In this document: in pieces, positions 48,403 to 58,582 of the stretch
Position numbering within the stretch: the first letter of the stretch is position 1
Layout of the letters: the number at the start of each line of letters is the position of its first letter
Source of the DNA: Candidatus Latescibacterota bacterium
GTDB taxonomy: Bacteria; Latescibacterota; UBA2968
Direction of reading: 5' to 3'
Assembly (NCBI GenBank): GCA_965204375.1
Contig: OZ241986.1
Span: 4,832,001 to 4,896,000, forward strand
DNA: 64,000 bases
The notes under the pieces: generated by a model
What the model saw: the letters and a program-made list of their open reading frames with translations, nothing else
The model's database searches: none
What the model was told of the DNA's origin: nothing
Translations under genes and position numbers: made by a program

Positions 48403-50250
48403 ATGGCTAAAAATCAGAACGCAGCAGCACTTGCAGACCAGAGCTTGACCGCGGAAACCATCTCCGAAATTCCGGATTGGCGCCACATTGCAAACGGCCG
48501 GGAAATTCCCAGCAAAGGATATTGCGATCAGCCCTATGTGGTAAAAACGGACGACGGAGCTTGGCTATGTGTTATGACAACGGGAACGGGCAGAGAAGGC
48601 GCGCACGGGCAGCACGTCGTATCAGCGCGCAGTACCGACAGAGGACAGACCTGGGCGGATCTAGTCGATGTGGAGCCTGCACACGGACCTGAAGCCTCGT
48701 ATGCCGTGGTACTAAAGGTCCCGTACGGACGAATATACGTATTTTACAATCACAATACAGACAACGTCCGGAAAGTGAAAGGAGACAATCCACCTTATAG
48801 AGACGGATATTGTACCCGGGTAGATTCGCTGGGACATTTTGTGTTTAAATACAGCGACGATCACGGGCGAACCTGGTCGGCGCAACGCTACCCGATTGCG
48901 GTGCGGGAAATGGCGATCGACCGGGAGAATGCGGACGGGGGCAAACTGCGGTATTTCTGGAACGTAGGCAAAGCGATAGCCGACGGTCGGGCCGCGTACG
49001 TATCGCTGCACAAAGTGGGAGGATTCGGAATGGGATTCTTCACCCGTTCGGAAGGCGTACTCTTGAAAAGCGAAAATCTCCTGACAGAACAGGACCCACA
49101 GAAAATCGCCTGGGAAACGCTTCCGGATGGCGATGCAGGACTGCGGACGCCACCGGGGGGCGGTCCAGTCTCCGAAGAACACAGCTACAGCCGCTTGAGC
49201 GACGGGTCATTTTACAGCGTGTACCGTTCAATTGATGGGTACCCGGTATGCGCGTACAGCCGGGACAACGGACACACATGGACAGAACCGGCGTATCAGT
49301 GCTTTGCAGACGGACGACCCATGAAACATCCGAGAGCGGCTAATTTCGCGTGGCAATGCGAAAATGGAAAATTTCTCTACTGGTTTCACAACCACGGGGG
49401 GCGGTTTATCGGAGAACACCCGGACCGGCGCTCAATATCTTATCAGGACCGCAACCCGGTGTGGTTGTGCGGCGGGGTCGAAGCAGACGCGCCAGAGGGC
49501 CGGATAATCCAGTGGTCACAACCAGAAATCGCGCTTTATGACGACGACCCGTACATCCGCATGAGCTATCCAGACCTGGTGGAAGACGGCGGTAAGTATT
49601 ATCTTACGGAAACCCAGAAGGATATTGCCCGCGTACACGAACTGGACACCACACTCCTGAAGGGATTGTGGGAACAGGCTGAAAATACGGAAATAGCTCC
49701 CGAAGGTCGCGTACTGGATTTACCCAGACCAGAGCCGGGCGAGGTAAAAATGCCGGAACTGCCGGCATTCAACGAGCGAGACAGCGCCAGCCCTTATGCA
49801 ACGCGAGACCTGAGACAGGGCTTTACCCTTGATCTGTGGTTAAGACTGCCATCACTGGATACTGGACAAATACTGCTGGACAGCAGGCTGGAGAACGGAC
49901 AGGGAATGTGCGTGCAGACCACAGAGCGAGGCACAATCGAAATCGTCTTAAACGACGGGCGAACCGAGAACCGGTGGGACTGCGATTCCGGTTATCTGCG
50001 CGCGGGCGAACAGCACCACATTGCGGCGATTGTAGATGGCGGCCCTAAAATCATCACATTTGTGGTAGATGGCAAACTCTGCGATGGAGGTGCGAATCGC
50101 CAATTTGGCTGGGGGCGGTTCAGTCCGAATCTAAGACACGCCAACGGGGCCGAAACGCTTCGAATCGGTCCCGGACTTCAATCTCTGCGGATTTACAACC
50201 GGTACTTGCGCACATCGGAAGCCATTGGCAATTTTCACGCAGGTCCATGA
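48403..50250 (+). CDS. BNR/sialidase-like beta-propeller with C-terminal LamG-like domain
   Basis: Asp-boxes STDRGQTW, SDDHGRTW, SRDNGHTW; SYPD; HHIAAIVDG...FVVDG. Confidence 0.75.
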   Translation: MAKNQNAAALADQSLTAETISEIPDWRHIANGREIPSKGYCDQPYVVKTDDGAWLCVMTTGTGREGAHGQHVVSARSTDRGQTWADLVDVEPAHGPEASYAVVLKVPYGRIYVFYNHNTDNVRKVKGDNPPYRDGYCTRVDSLGHFVFKYSDDHGRTWSAQRYPIAVREMAIDRENADGGKLRYFWNVGKAIADGRAAYVSLHKVGGFGMGFFTRSEGVLLKSENLLTEQDPQKIAWETLPDGDAGLRTPPGGGPVSEEHSYSRLSDGSFYSVYRSIDGYPVCAYSRDNGHTWTEPAYQCFADGRPMKHPRAANFAWQCENGKFLYWFHNHGGRFIGEHPDRRSISYQDRNPVWLCGGVEADAPEGRIIQWSQPEIALYDDDPYIRMSYPDLVEDGGKYYLTETQKDIARVHELDTTLLKGLWEQAENTEIAPEGRVLDLPRPEPGEVKMPELPAFNERDSASPYATRDLRQGFTLDLWLRLPSLDTGQILLDSRLENGQGMCVQTTERGTIEIVLNDGRTENRWDCDSGYLRAGEQHHIAAIVDGGPKIITFVVDGKLCDGGANRQFGWGRFSPNLRHANGAETLRIGPGLQSLRIYNRYLRTSEAIGNFHAGP

Positions 50251-51035
50251 GGGAGACTATAAACATGGAAATGACCCCTGAAAAAAAAGCGTTTTTCAAA
50301 GCACACGGCTATCTCAAGATAGAAGGCGTGATTCCAGAGCCTATGGTGGCACAGGCAGTAAAAAAAATCAACCATCAACTGGGCAGCGAAGGCATGGTTC
50401 CGGGAGGAGACTATCCGCTCACGCTGTACAATGGGTATTACTCACACAAAAACCATCCGGATCCATTCTACGCCAGCCTGGTAAATGAGACGCCGATCTT
50501 CGAGATAGCCGAATCCCTGATGGGAAAAGGGAAACTCCGACCAATTGGAAGCGGACAGATCGCATTGCCGTTTCCGAAGATGGAAGACCGGGCGTCGGTA
50601 ATGCTATCGGGACACATCGACGGGATGGGTGGCAAAAAAACCAAAGTGCCCGAAGGAGAATTCTGGCGAAATTTTACCGCTATTTGCGTGGTAATACTGT
50701 CGGACTTGCCCGAACCGTATATGGGCAATTTTACGGTATGGCCGGGATCCCACCGCTATCTGGAATCGTATTTTCGAACAAACGGACACAGCCAGTTATT
50801 CCAGGACTTGCCCAAACTGAGAAAAGAATTGCCCCACGGGCCGGTGCAGATCACCGGAAAGGCGGGAGATGCGGTACTGGTACATCACCAGATGGTACAC
50901 GCGGCTGGCCCCAATCTATCGCCGCATATCCGGTATGCAGTGATCTTCCGTCTAAACCATGTGGATATCCAGAAAAACGGGACAGAAGTACTGACAGATA
51001 TCTGGCGAGAATTTGAAGGCGTGAGGGGACTCTGA
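50247..51035 (+). CDS. PhyH family dioxygenase
   Basis: FFKAHGYL, GHIDG, GNFTVWPGSH, KAGD...MVHAAGPN..R. Confidence 0.8.
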   Translation: MRETINMEMTPEKKAFFKAHGYLKIEGVIPEPMVAQAVKKINHQLGSEGMVPGGDYPLTLYNGYYSHKNHPDPFYASLVNETPIFEIAESLMGKGKLRPIGSGQIALPFPKMEDRASVMLSGHIDGMGGKKTKVPEGEFWRNFTAICVVILSDLPEPYMGNFTVWPGSHRYLESYFRTNGHSQLFQDLPKLRKELPHGPVQITGKAGDAVLVHHQMVHAAGPNLSPHIRYAVIFRLNHVDIQKNGTEVLTDIWREFEGVRGL

Positions 51036-51036
51036 T

Positions 51037-52143
51037 ATGAGGGGAACTATGGATCGAAAGAGATCGATCAACATAGCCGTAATAGGCGCGGGAAACATCG
51101 CCACGCGGCACCTGGAAAACCTCGCATTTCTCGGTGGCAATCGCATCGCCGCGATATGCGACCTGGACGAAGATCTGGCGCGCGCCAAAGCCGCTACTTA
51201 CGGGGCGCAAGCATACACAGATTGGGAAAAGGTCTTTGAAGAAGTCGAGAACCTGGGCGCGATACTCATCTGCACGCCTCCCGTTCTTCGCAAACCAGTC
51301 ATACAGGCCGCCGTGCAGAACAACGTGCCCTTCCTCTGCGAAAAACCCCCCGCCCAATCCCTGCGAGAAGCGCGCGAAATCGTCGCACTCCTTCGGGGTA
51401 CGAATCTGGTACACAGCGTCGGCTTCAACCAGCGTTACGCGCCTTCTGTAGATCGATGCCTGGAGCTATTGGAAGGCAGGCAGATCAGCCTGGTAGATGC
51501 CGCGGTAATCACCAATCCGGGATTGACCCGCAATCTCGGAGCCGACTGGTTTTACCTCAAAGAAAAAGGCGGATCGCTATTCGACAACACCATCCACACC
51601 CTCGATGTAATCCGCTATATCGCAGGTGATATTGACACAGTACACGCTCTTGGCAGCAACCTCACGATACCCATCAGCGACAGTTTCACCATCGAAGACA
51701 GCATGTCGATCAACCTCCAGTTCTCCTCCGGAGCGATCGGCAGTGTCCTCCTCTCCTGGGCCTGCGCACAAAGGCGGAATGACCTCACCTTCTTCGGCAG
51801 AGATATTCGGCTTTCGCTCTCCACCATCCCCCCCAGAATAGAAGGTCTGATCGGAGCACCGGATGAAAAAGCCAAAAGCATATCCGAACAATTTCCGCAG
51901 GGACCGGCCATGGGGCGAAGCGGCGAAATCCACCCCAACAGACAACCGCAAGATCCACCCGACCCCCCACATTTTGAAGAACTCAAAGTATTTCTGGACG
52001 CCATCCGCAATCCGTCATCGACTTCTGCGATCCGATCGGATTTTGCAGATGCGGCTCGCACCACAGCACTGCTACACGCCATCGAAGCTTCCATAGCCAG
52101 CGGAAATGTAGAAAAGGTGCCTTTGATTGAAGGAACGCCATGA
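51037..52143 (+). CDS. Gfo/Idh/MocA family oxidoreductase
   Basis: VIGAGNIA, CTPP, CEKP, VGFNQRY, DNTIH. Confidence 0.9.
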   Translation: MRGTMDRKRSINIAVIGAGNIATRHLENLAFLGGNRIAAICDLDEDLARAKAATYGAQAYTDWEKVFEEVENLGAILICTPPVLRKPVIQAAVQNNVPFLCEKPPAQSLREAREIVALLRGTNLVHSVGFNQRYAPSVDRCLELLEGRQISLVDAAVITNPGLTRNLGADWFYLKEKGGSLFDNTIHTLDVIRYIAGDIDTVHALGSNLTIPISDSFTIEDSMSINLQFSSGAIGSVLLSWACAQRRNDLTFFGRDIRLSLSTIPPRIEGLIGAPDEKAKSISEQFPQGPAMGRSGEIHPNRQPQDPPDPPHFEELKVFLDAIRNPSSTSAIRSDFADAARTTALLHAIEASIASGNVEKVPLIEGTP

Positions 52144-52200
52144 AAATTGCCTACGGTACCTACGCCATGCCAGACATATCTCTGGAGCAGGCAATTCCGC
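52140..52200 (+). pseudogene. N-terminal stub of a sugar-phosphate isomerase/epimerase-like gene
   Basis: ATGA overlap with the upstream stop; MKIAYGTYAMPDISLEQAIP, then it runs into the RBS of the next gene. Confidence 0.5.
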
Positions 52201-52213
52201 CGGAGATTGTGCC

Positions 52214-54214
52214 ATGGCACAGCCATCTGGAGCGTTGAGCCGTGAAGTTCAAGCGGCAGAAGCGGTGGCCGAGGCCGAGCGGGTGCGGTGGGGGATGGTG
52301 CTGATTGCAATCGCCACCCTGGCCCTGGGCTGCATCGCGTCTATGTACCTGGAGATGAGAACCCGGTCTGTGCGAATGGCCGTATCCAACCTGCCGATGA
52401 CCGCGCTGCTGCCATTTGTGTTCTGGCTCCTGATCAATACACTATTGAAGCGGTTCATGCCGCGGTTATCGCTGACTTCTGCGGAACTCCGGCTGTTGCT
52501 TTGCGTACTCTGGATCGGCGGACTATTCGTCGGATACAATTGGGCGAGCCAATGGGTGGGACAAATGGCCGGACCGAGGTATTTGGCGTCGCCCGAGAAC
52601 CGCTGGGAGGAACTGATCTTCGATCACCTGCCCTGGTGGATGTACCCGATCAACGCCCCCAGAGTACTGGAGGGATTTTACCAGGGTCTGGGACCTGGCG
52701 GAAGCGTCCCCTGGGGGGCGTGGTCAACACCGCTTTTCTGGTCGGTCTCCACGGCACTGGCGATTACCGCGATTGGCCTGGGGCTGACAGCACTGTTTCA
52801 AAAACACTGGGTGCAGCACGAACGCCTGGCCTTTCCGCTGGCTGATATCTCCCTGTCTCTGACCGAGGGATTTGATCGGCGCCGAGGTTGGCCGCCATTT
52901 GTGCGAACCCGGGCGTTCTGGGTGGGATTTGCGGTCTCGGCTTTTCCAGTGCTCTGGAATATCGCGACATACTGGGTACCGGGTTTTCCCCGGATTTCCA
53001 TTTACGACCATCACGCGAGACGAAAAATTCATCTGTCCCGCTATCTCTCGATTCACGCGCTGACCTACCGCATTCTGCCCACGCTGACCGCATTTACGTT
53101 TCTGTGCAATCTGGATATCCTTTTTGGAATCTGGGCACCGTACGTCGTGGGATGCACCATTCAGTACTGGATGAACCGAACCGGAGTCGCTGTGGGACTG
53201 AGTGGACAACAGGTGGATTACTGGGGGGCGGCACCCATCTTTGCAAACGGCGCGATCGCGGGACTGGTGGTCTGGGCGATCTGGACCGCGCGAGGTCATC
53301 TGAAACGCATATTCCGGCAAATCGCAGCGCCCATCCCGGGCGAGGCGCCAGAGACGGCGGTACTTCCTCCCAGGATGGCGGTAGTAGTCCTGGCCGGTGG
53401 TCTGATCTACATGGCTTCCTGGCTGTACAATGTGGGCTGCGATCCTCTGGTGATCGCATTCTTTCTGCTCAGCTTCTGCATGGTGCTGCTCGCGACCATG
53501 AAACTTCTGGCGGTCAGCGGATACGCCTTTGTGCATCCCTTTTGGAGCGGCCTGTCCAAAACCAACACCATGACGCTTTTGGGCACAACCGGAATGTCGG
53601 ACTCGAGCCTGGTTGGGCTGCAAGTGGTCCACCCCCGCAGCCTGGCTGGCTGGCGCGTGCCGCCAGCGCTGCCCCAGATAGCCAGGATTTGGGGCAAAAC
53701 AAAGGGGAGCGTGCGGCTGATCTGTATCGGCCTGCTGGTAGGGCTGTTGACCTCGGCGCTTTCCACCATCTGGCTCTGTTACGCAGACGGGGGCGCCAAT
53801 CTGGATTACTGGAACACAGAGGGCGCGGCTCGGAACGTCTATAACCGCGCCGCAGGTCTGTTAACCGAAACAGAGCGAACAGTATTCGATCCTTATAAGG
53901 TGGGAATCTGGTTGACAGGGGGGCTACTGGTCGTACTATTCGGAGTGCTGCAGACCCGGGTGTTGTGGTGGCCGGCACACCCGCTGGGACTGATGCTTTT
54001 CGGAATGCCTTATTTGCAGTTTTACATGCTGAACGTATTTCTCGTGTGGGTTGCCAAGCTGGCGGTGCTGAGGTTGGGCGGGATCGAGCTTTATCGGCGT
54101 GTATTGCCCTGCTGCTACGGACTAATCGTGGGATACGTGTTCGCGGTGGGGTGCAGTTGCCTCGTAGATGTCATCTGGTTCCCGGAACGCGGGCACCATG
54201 TTTATTCGTGGTAG
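52214..54214 (+). CDS. DUF6785/DUF6784-type polytopic membrane protein, copy 4 (closest to copy 3)
   Basis: MAQPS start shared with copy 3; SD GGAG; GFDRRRGWPPF, LAGWRVP, WWPAHPLG. Confidence 0.75.
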   Translation: MAQPSGALSREVQAAEAVAEAERVRWGMVLIAIATLALGCIASMYLEMRTRSVRMAVSNLPMTALLPFVFWLLINTLLKRFMPRLSLTSAELRLLLCVLWIGGLFVGYNWASQWVGQMAGPRYLASPENRWEELIFDHLPWWMYPINAPRVLEGFYQGLGPGGSVPWGAWSTPLFWSVSTALAITAIGLGLTALFQKHWVQHERLAFPLADISLSLTEGFDRRRGWPPFVRTRAFWVGFAVSAFPVLWNIATYWVPGFPRISIYDHHARRKIHLSRYLSIHALTYRILPTLTAFTFLCNLDILFGIWAPYVVGCTIQYWMNRTGVAVGLSGQQVDYWGAAPIFANGAIAGLVVWAIWTARGHLKRIFRQIAAPIPGEAPETAVLPPRMAVVVLAGGLIYMASWLYNVGCDPLVIAFFLLSFCMVLLATMKLLAVSGYAFVHPFWSGLSKTNTMTLLGTTGMSDSSLVGLQVVHPRSLAGWRVPPALPQIARIWGKTKGSVRLICIGLLVGLLTSALSTIWLCYADGGANLDYWNTEGAARNVYNRAAGLLTETERTVFDPYKVGIWLTGGLLVVLFGVLQTRVLWWPAHPLGLMLFGMPYLQFYMLNVFLVWVAKLAVLRLGGIELYRRVLPCCYGLIVGYVFAVGCSCLVDVIWFPERGHHVYSW

Positions 54215-54234
54215 GCAAAAGGAACAAAAGGAAC

Positions 54235-55815
54235 ATGATCCAACAACCAGAGCCAAATATTGAAAACTGTGTAAAAAACATGAAGCGATCCATTCGAAAG
54301 ACCGATTATGATGTGCTCTTCAATCAAGATTACCTGTGGCGCAGTCTCGGCACAGCACCCGGCGGATCGGCTCTGACAGATATGGAAACCGTGCAGTGTC
54401 ATGTGGATCTGGTGGCAGATGCCGGCTGTGATGCACTGGCCCTGTGTCCAAATAGCCTGTATCAGGTTCCAGGATGGGATTCGGACCACGATCCCTTCTG
54501 GCGGGAGGAGTTCCATACCAGGAAATTCGAAGGCTTTGGCTGCAACAACTACAAGCGAGCGGGCGAGCTGATCCTGGACGGATTTGATGTGATTCAGATC
54601 GCGCAGAACCGGGCGCAGGAAAGAGGAATCGCCTTCCTTTTCTCGTGGCGGATGAATGAGAGCCAGTTCGTCGAAATCCCGGGCAGCGACACGACTTCGC
54701 GTTTCTGGCGGGAGCACCCGGAGTACCGGATCGGGGGTCCTTCGGCTCCATTGGCCCCCGAAGGCAAAGGGACGAATCGGACGTGTCGCAAACGCCTTGC
54801 TCTGTGTTTCTTGCACCAGGAAGTGCGCGATTATCAGTTTGGGTTTGTCGAAGAACTGTGCCGACGCTATAAAATTGATGGTCTCGAGCTGGACTTTCTG
54901 CGGTGGCCGTGGTTTTTTCCGGACGAGATGCCTTTTGAAGAGAAGGCGCCTGTTATGACGGCGTTTGTGCAGCGCATCAGGGAGATGGTGGACCAGACAG
55001 GTGGAAAACACGTTCCGATCATCGCCAGAGTTCCCAATCGGCTGGATCTGTTGCGCGACATCGGGCTGGACCTGATGAACTGGGTCGAACGCGGCCTGAT
55101 CAATTCCATCAATATTTCGGCGCTGTTTCACACGCAACCAGACGGCGAGATCGAGGCGTTTCGCAAGGCCTACCCCGAGACCACCCTCCATGCAGAAATA
55201 GGGCACTGCATTTCTTCCGATCCGAACGGGCGGAGGATCATGACTCGGGAGATGTTTCATGCAACCGCTCATAGTTTTCTGGAACGAGGGGCCGACGGCA
55301 TCAGCCTTTTTAACTTGCCCTATGCGAATCCCCGCGGGCAGAGGTGGCCAGATTATTCGCCTTTGCAGCACATCGCGGATTGCGAGTTTCTGGCGAGACA
55401 GCCGAAACACTATTTCATCGGGGACAATCAAATTGATTCGGATCTCTCGTTCTCTAAGCAGCTCGATGCAACGCTTACAGGGGATCGACCTGTGATCCTT
55501 CAGATTCACCTGGCTGATGCCAACCCGGCGCACACCTTCTCCCGTGCGATTCTGAGATTGATGGCAAAACAGGCAATCAAAACGAGGCGCATTGCAGCCT
55601 TTCTCCACTCGGTTTGTCTGGATGAAACCGCGCACGAGGGCGAACTGTTTGAAACGCCGTACGAGGGAGGCATTCCTGAGACACAAGCGGTCTATAAAGA
55701 TTTTTTGGTTCCGTTGAATTTACTGCAAAAGGGGTGGAATGCGTTTGAGTTTGGATTTGAAGACCGTGGCGAGGCGGTTACGCTCACGCGTATGGAGCTG
55801 GCGCTTTATCCCTGA
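54235..55815 (+). CDS. Glycoside hydrolase-like TIM-barrel protein (GHL10/DUF187-like)
   Basis: FNQD, SWRMNE, FWREHPEYRIG, EVRDY...EELCRRYKIDGLELDFLR, GADGISLFN; start reassigned to 54235. Confidence 0.65.
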   Translation: MIQQPEPNIENCVKNMKRSIRKTDYDVLFNQDYLWRSLGTAPGGSALTDMETVQCHVDLVADAGCDALALCPNSLYQVPGWDSDHDPFWREEFHTRKFEGFGCNNYKRAGELILDGFDVIQIAQNRAQERGIAFLFSWRMNESQFVEIPGSDTTSRFWREHPEYRIGGPSAPLAPEGKGTNRTCRKRLALCFLHQEVRDYQFGFVEELCRRYKIDGLELDFLRWPWFFPDEMPFEEKAPVMTAFVQRIREMVDQTGGKHVPIIARVPNRLDLLRDIGLDLMNWVERGLINSINISALFHTQPDGEIEAFRKAYPETTLHAEIGHCISSDPNGRRIMTREMFHATAHSFLERGADGISLFNLPYANPRGQRWPDYSPLQHIADCEFLARQPKHYFIGDNQIDSDLSFSKQLDATLTGDRPVILQIHLADANPAHTFSRAILRLMAKQAIKTRRIAAFLHSVCLDETAHEGELFETPYEGGIPETQAVYKDFLVPLNLLQKGWNAFEFGFEDRGEAVTLTRMELALYP

Positions 55816-55938
55816 GATGTATAAGCAGCAAACGGGGAAGGCAATCTGAAAATATGAACGACTCCAACGGATCCAAAGATGGAAAATCGCAAGAGAATGG
55901 ACGCAATGATAAGAACCCAGATCAACAGAGGAGCACCC

Positions 55939-57390
55939 ATGAATACCCAACCCGACATAGTCTTCATCTGTTCCGACCAGTGGAACGCGCGCTATCTGGG
56001 GTGCGCGGGACACCCGCAGGTCCAGACCCCGCACCTCGATGCGCTTGCAGCCAGCGGCTGTATCTTCGACGCGGCCTATACGCCATCGCCCGTATGTATG
56101 CCGGCGCGCGCATCGCTCGCCAGCGGCCTCTACCCGCACGCGCACGGATTCTTTTGCAACTACACCGGCATACTATTCCCCCCTGAGCGAGTCACCCTCT
56201 TCCGCTGCTTGCAAGAAGCGGGCTACACCACCGCAAAGATCGGGAAATACCACTACTTCAGCCTGGAATGGGGCCAGGACTATGAAGACTACCGGGACTA
56301 CTACGACCAGCTCGGTCTGGATTGGGCAGAAGAAACCTCGACACCATTCCAGGGCCCCTTCCTGAACACGGGCTACAGCCGCCTGCTAAAAAAAGAGGGC
56401 CTCCTCGACACCTTCATCACCGACATAGGCGACCGCTACGTAGATGGACAATACACCCCCCGGCCCTCACCACTACCGCCGGACATGACGCCGGACGGCT
56501 ACGTCTGCCGACAAACGCTGGCGTACCTCGACCGCGCACCGATTGACAAACCTCTATTCCTCTTCGCCAGCCTTCCCGGACCCCATCCACCTCTGGACGC
56601 ACCCGGAAAATACGCCAAAATGTACGACCCCGCCGATGTGGTCCTCCCAGAAAACTACAACGAAAAACGCTGCAAATACGGCCGCCAGGCCACCGCCGAA
56701 ATGACCGCCCAGTACATGGGCAAAATCACCCATTTCGACGACCGCGTAGGAGAAATCGTAGCCGCCTTGAAACAACGCGGCAACTGGGAAAACACCGTCG
56801 TCGTATTTACCTCCGACCACGGAGAACGCATGGGGGAACACGGCCTCGTCTCCAAAACCGGCTTCGAGGAAGGATCCGCGCGCGTGCCCCTCATCATCGG
56901 CGGACCAGTCGTCGCCAGCGGGCACCGCAACGCCTCGCCTGTCTCCTTCCTGGACCTGTTCCCCACCTTCCTGGACCTATCGGGCGCAGAAATCCCGGAT
57001 TACTGCCAGGCTGTATCGCTCCTGCCCATCGTCAGCGGCGAAACCGACCGCGTTCACGACGCCGTCTTCTCTGAAATCTCCCGCCAGGACCAGTTCTGCT
57101 ACATGGTCCGCGACGCCCGGTGGAAATGGTCCATCCAGGCTCAAAATGAACGCCTGTACGACCTGCAAAACGATCCCCATGAAATGCAGAACCTGGCGCA
57201 ATCGCCCGCACATGCAGACACTACTCAGCGTCTCCGCAACAGACTACTGACATTTCTCACCGACACGCAACTCAACCACGCCCGCGGATACAAACCCCTG
57301 TTCACCCGCATCGGCATGCAATTCCCGACAGAGGACCCCGAAGACAGAAAACGCATCATTCGCGACCGCTTGCGGCAGGTCCACGAGTAA
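55939..57390 (+). CDS. Sulfatase (formylglycine type)
   Basis: SDQ, CMPARASLASG (CxPxR), GYTTAKIGKYH, PHPP, TSDHGE; SD GAGGAG. Confidence 0.92.
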   Translation: MNTQPDIVFICSDQWNARYLGCAGHPQVQTPHLDALAASGCIFDAAYTPSPVCMPARASLASGLYPHAHGFFCNYTGILFPPERVTLFRCLQEAGYTTAKIGKYHYFSLEWGQDYEDYRDYYDQLGLDWAEETSTPFQGPFLNTGYSRLLKKEGLLDTFITDIGDRYVDGQYTPRPSPLPPDMTPDGYVCRQTLAYLDRAPIDKPLFLFASLPGPHPPLDAPGKYAKMYDPADVVLPENYNEKRCKYGRQATAEMTAQYMGKITHFDDRVGEIVAALKQRGNWENTVVVFTSDHGERMGEHGLVSKTGFEEGSARVPLIIGGPVVASGHRNASPVSFLDLFPTFLDLSGAEIPDYCQAVSLLPIVSGETDRVHDAVFSEISRQDQFCYMVRDARWKWSIQAQNERLYDLQNDPHEMQNLAQSPAHADTTQRLRNRLLTFLTDTQLNHARGYKPLFTRIGMQFPTEDPEDRKRIIRDRLRQVHE

Positions 57391-57416
57391 GCAATTCCCA
57401 ACGGAGGGTACGCGCA

Positions 57417-58568
57417 ATGCTAATCAAAGAGGTCAAAATCCATCTCCTAAAGATGGAAGGGAAGCGCCCTATAAGAACCATGTTCGTAATACCCGGACAA
57501 CTCCGGTCTCAATTCGACAGGCGGGCAACGCCGGGTAAGGAGCCTAATCAATTGTGTTTCATCCGGGTAATTACCGACACCGGGATCGAGGGCTGGTGCA
57601 CGGCATTTTATACCTGGGGACCTGCCCGGGCCTTTGCAGAGACCTGGCTGGACGCGTTCCGACACGAACTGGTGGGCGCAGACCCCCTGGACCGGGAATA
57701 CATCTTTCAAAAACTGTGGTTCGCCAACCGCTTCAACTGGCTACACCCGTGGAATATGAGCTATGCAGACGTGGCGCTGTGGGATATTGCCGGCAAATAT
57801 GCCAGGCTACCCGTAGGCAAACTCTTGGGGACGTTTCGCGACCGAATACCGACGTATGTGAGTTCGGGAAATTATCCAGACCCGGAGCGGTTTGTAGAGT
57901 TCGGATTGGAAGTAAAAGAAGAGGGATACAAGGGTTACAAACTACACAGCCGGTTGGGACCTGAAGCGGATATCCAGGTCGCGCGAAACGTGCGAGAAGC
58001 ACTGGGTGATAAGTTCACCTTGATGCACGATCCCGTTCAGATATACACCTATCCGGAAGCAGTACAAGTAGGGCGGGCACTGGAGGAATTGAACTACAAG
58101 TGGCTGGAAGAGCCGCTCCAGGAGTGGGACATCACAGCACTCAAAAAACTGTGCGATACCCTGGATATTCCCATCGCGGCGTCGGAATGGGTATTCGGAG
58201 GATCTCACCATGTGGCGACGCTACTGGCTCAAGGCGCAGCAGATATTGTGCGGGGAGACGCGATCGTATCGGGCGGGATTACGGGATTGATGAAAGTAGC
58301 GCATGTGGCCGAAGCATTCGGAGTGGCGTGCGAAGTACACGAGCGCGGACCAATGTTCTGCTTTGCCCATGCACAGGCGCTGGCCGCGATGAGCAATTGC
58401 GAGTTTTTTGAATTAAATGGCGTAAATCCCAAGACACCGACCGAGGATCCGCTCGTAAAGAATCCCATCCAGATAGAAGATGGGTACCTGATCGTGCCGC
58501 AGGAACCGGGATTGGGCGTGGAACTGGACTGGGAGGAAATGGAGCGCCGGACAATAGAAGTACTCTGA
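57417..58568 (+). CDS. Mandelate racemase/muconate lactonizing enzyme (enolase superfamily)
   Basis: DVALWDIAGK...P...LLG, LMHD, WLEEP, GGITG, PGLGVELD. Confidence 0.9.
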   Translation: MLIKEVKIHLLKMEGKRPIRTMFVIPGQLRSQFDRRATPGKEPNQLCFIRVITDTGIEGWCTAFYTWGPARAFAETWLDAFRHELVGADPLDREYIFQKLWFANRFNWLHPWNMSYADVALWDIAGKYARLPVGKLLGTFRDRIPTYVSSGNYPDPERFVEFGLEVKEEGYKGYKLHSRLGPEADIQVARNVREALGDKFTLMHDPVQIYTYPEAVQVGRALEELNYKWLEEPLQEWDITALKKLCDTLDIPIAASEWVFGGSHHVATLLAQGAADIVRGDAIVSGGITGLMKVAHVAEAFGVACEVHERGPMFCFAHAQALAAMSNCEFFELNGVNPKTPTEDPLVKNPIQIEDGYLIVPQEPGLGVELDWEEMERRTIEVL

Positions 58569-58582
58569 GTCCGTCCAGGGAG

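Noticed and set aside
54216-54235. CAAAAGGAA duplicated before the GH-like gene
   Set aside because: Two copies of a 9-mer covering the RBS; trivial local duplication
54202-55686. Long antisense ORFs (e.g. 494 aa here, 493 aa at 59333-60814, 255 aa at 28090-28857)
   Set aside because: Shadows of well-supported genes on the opposite strand, with no motifs
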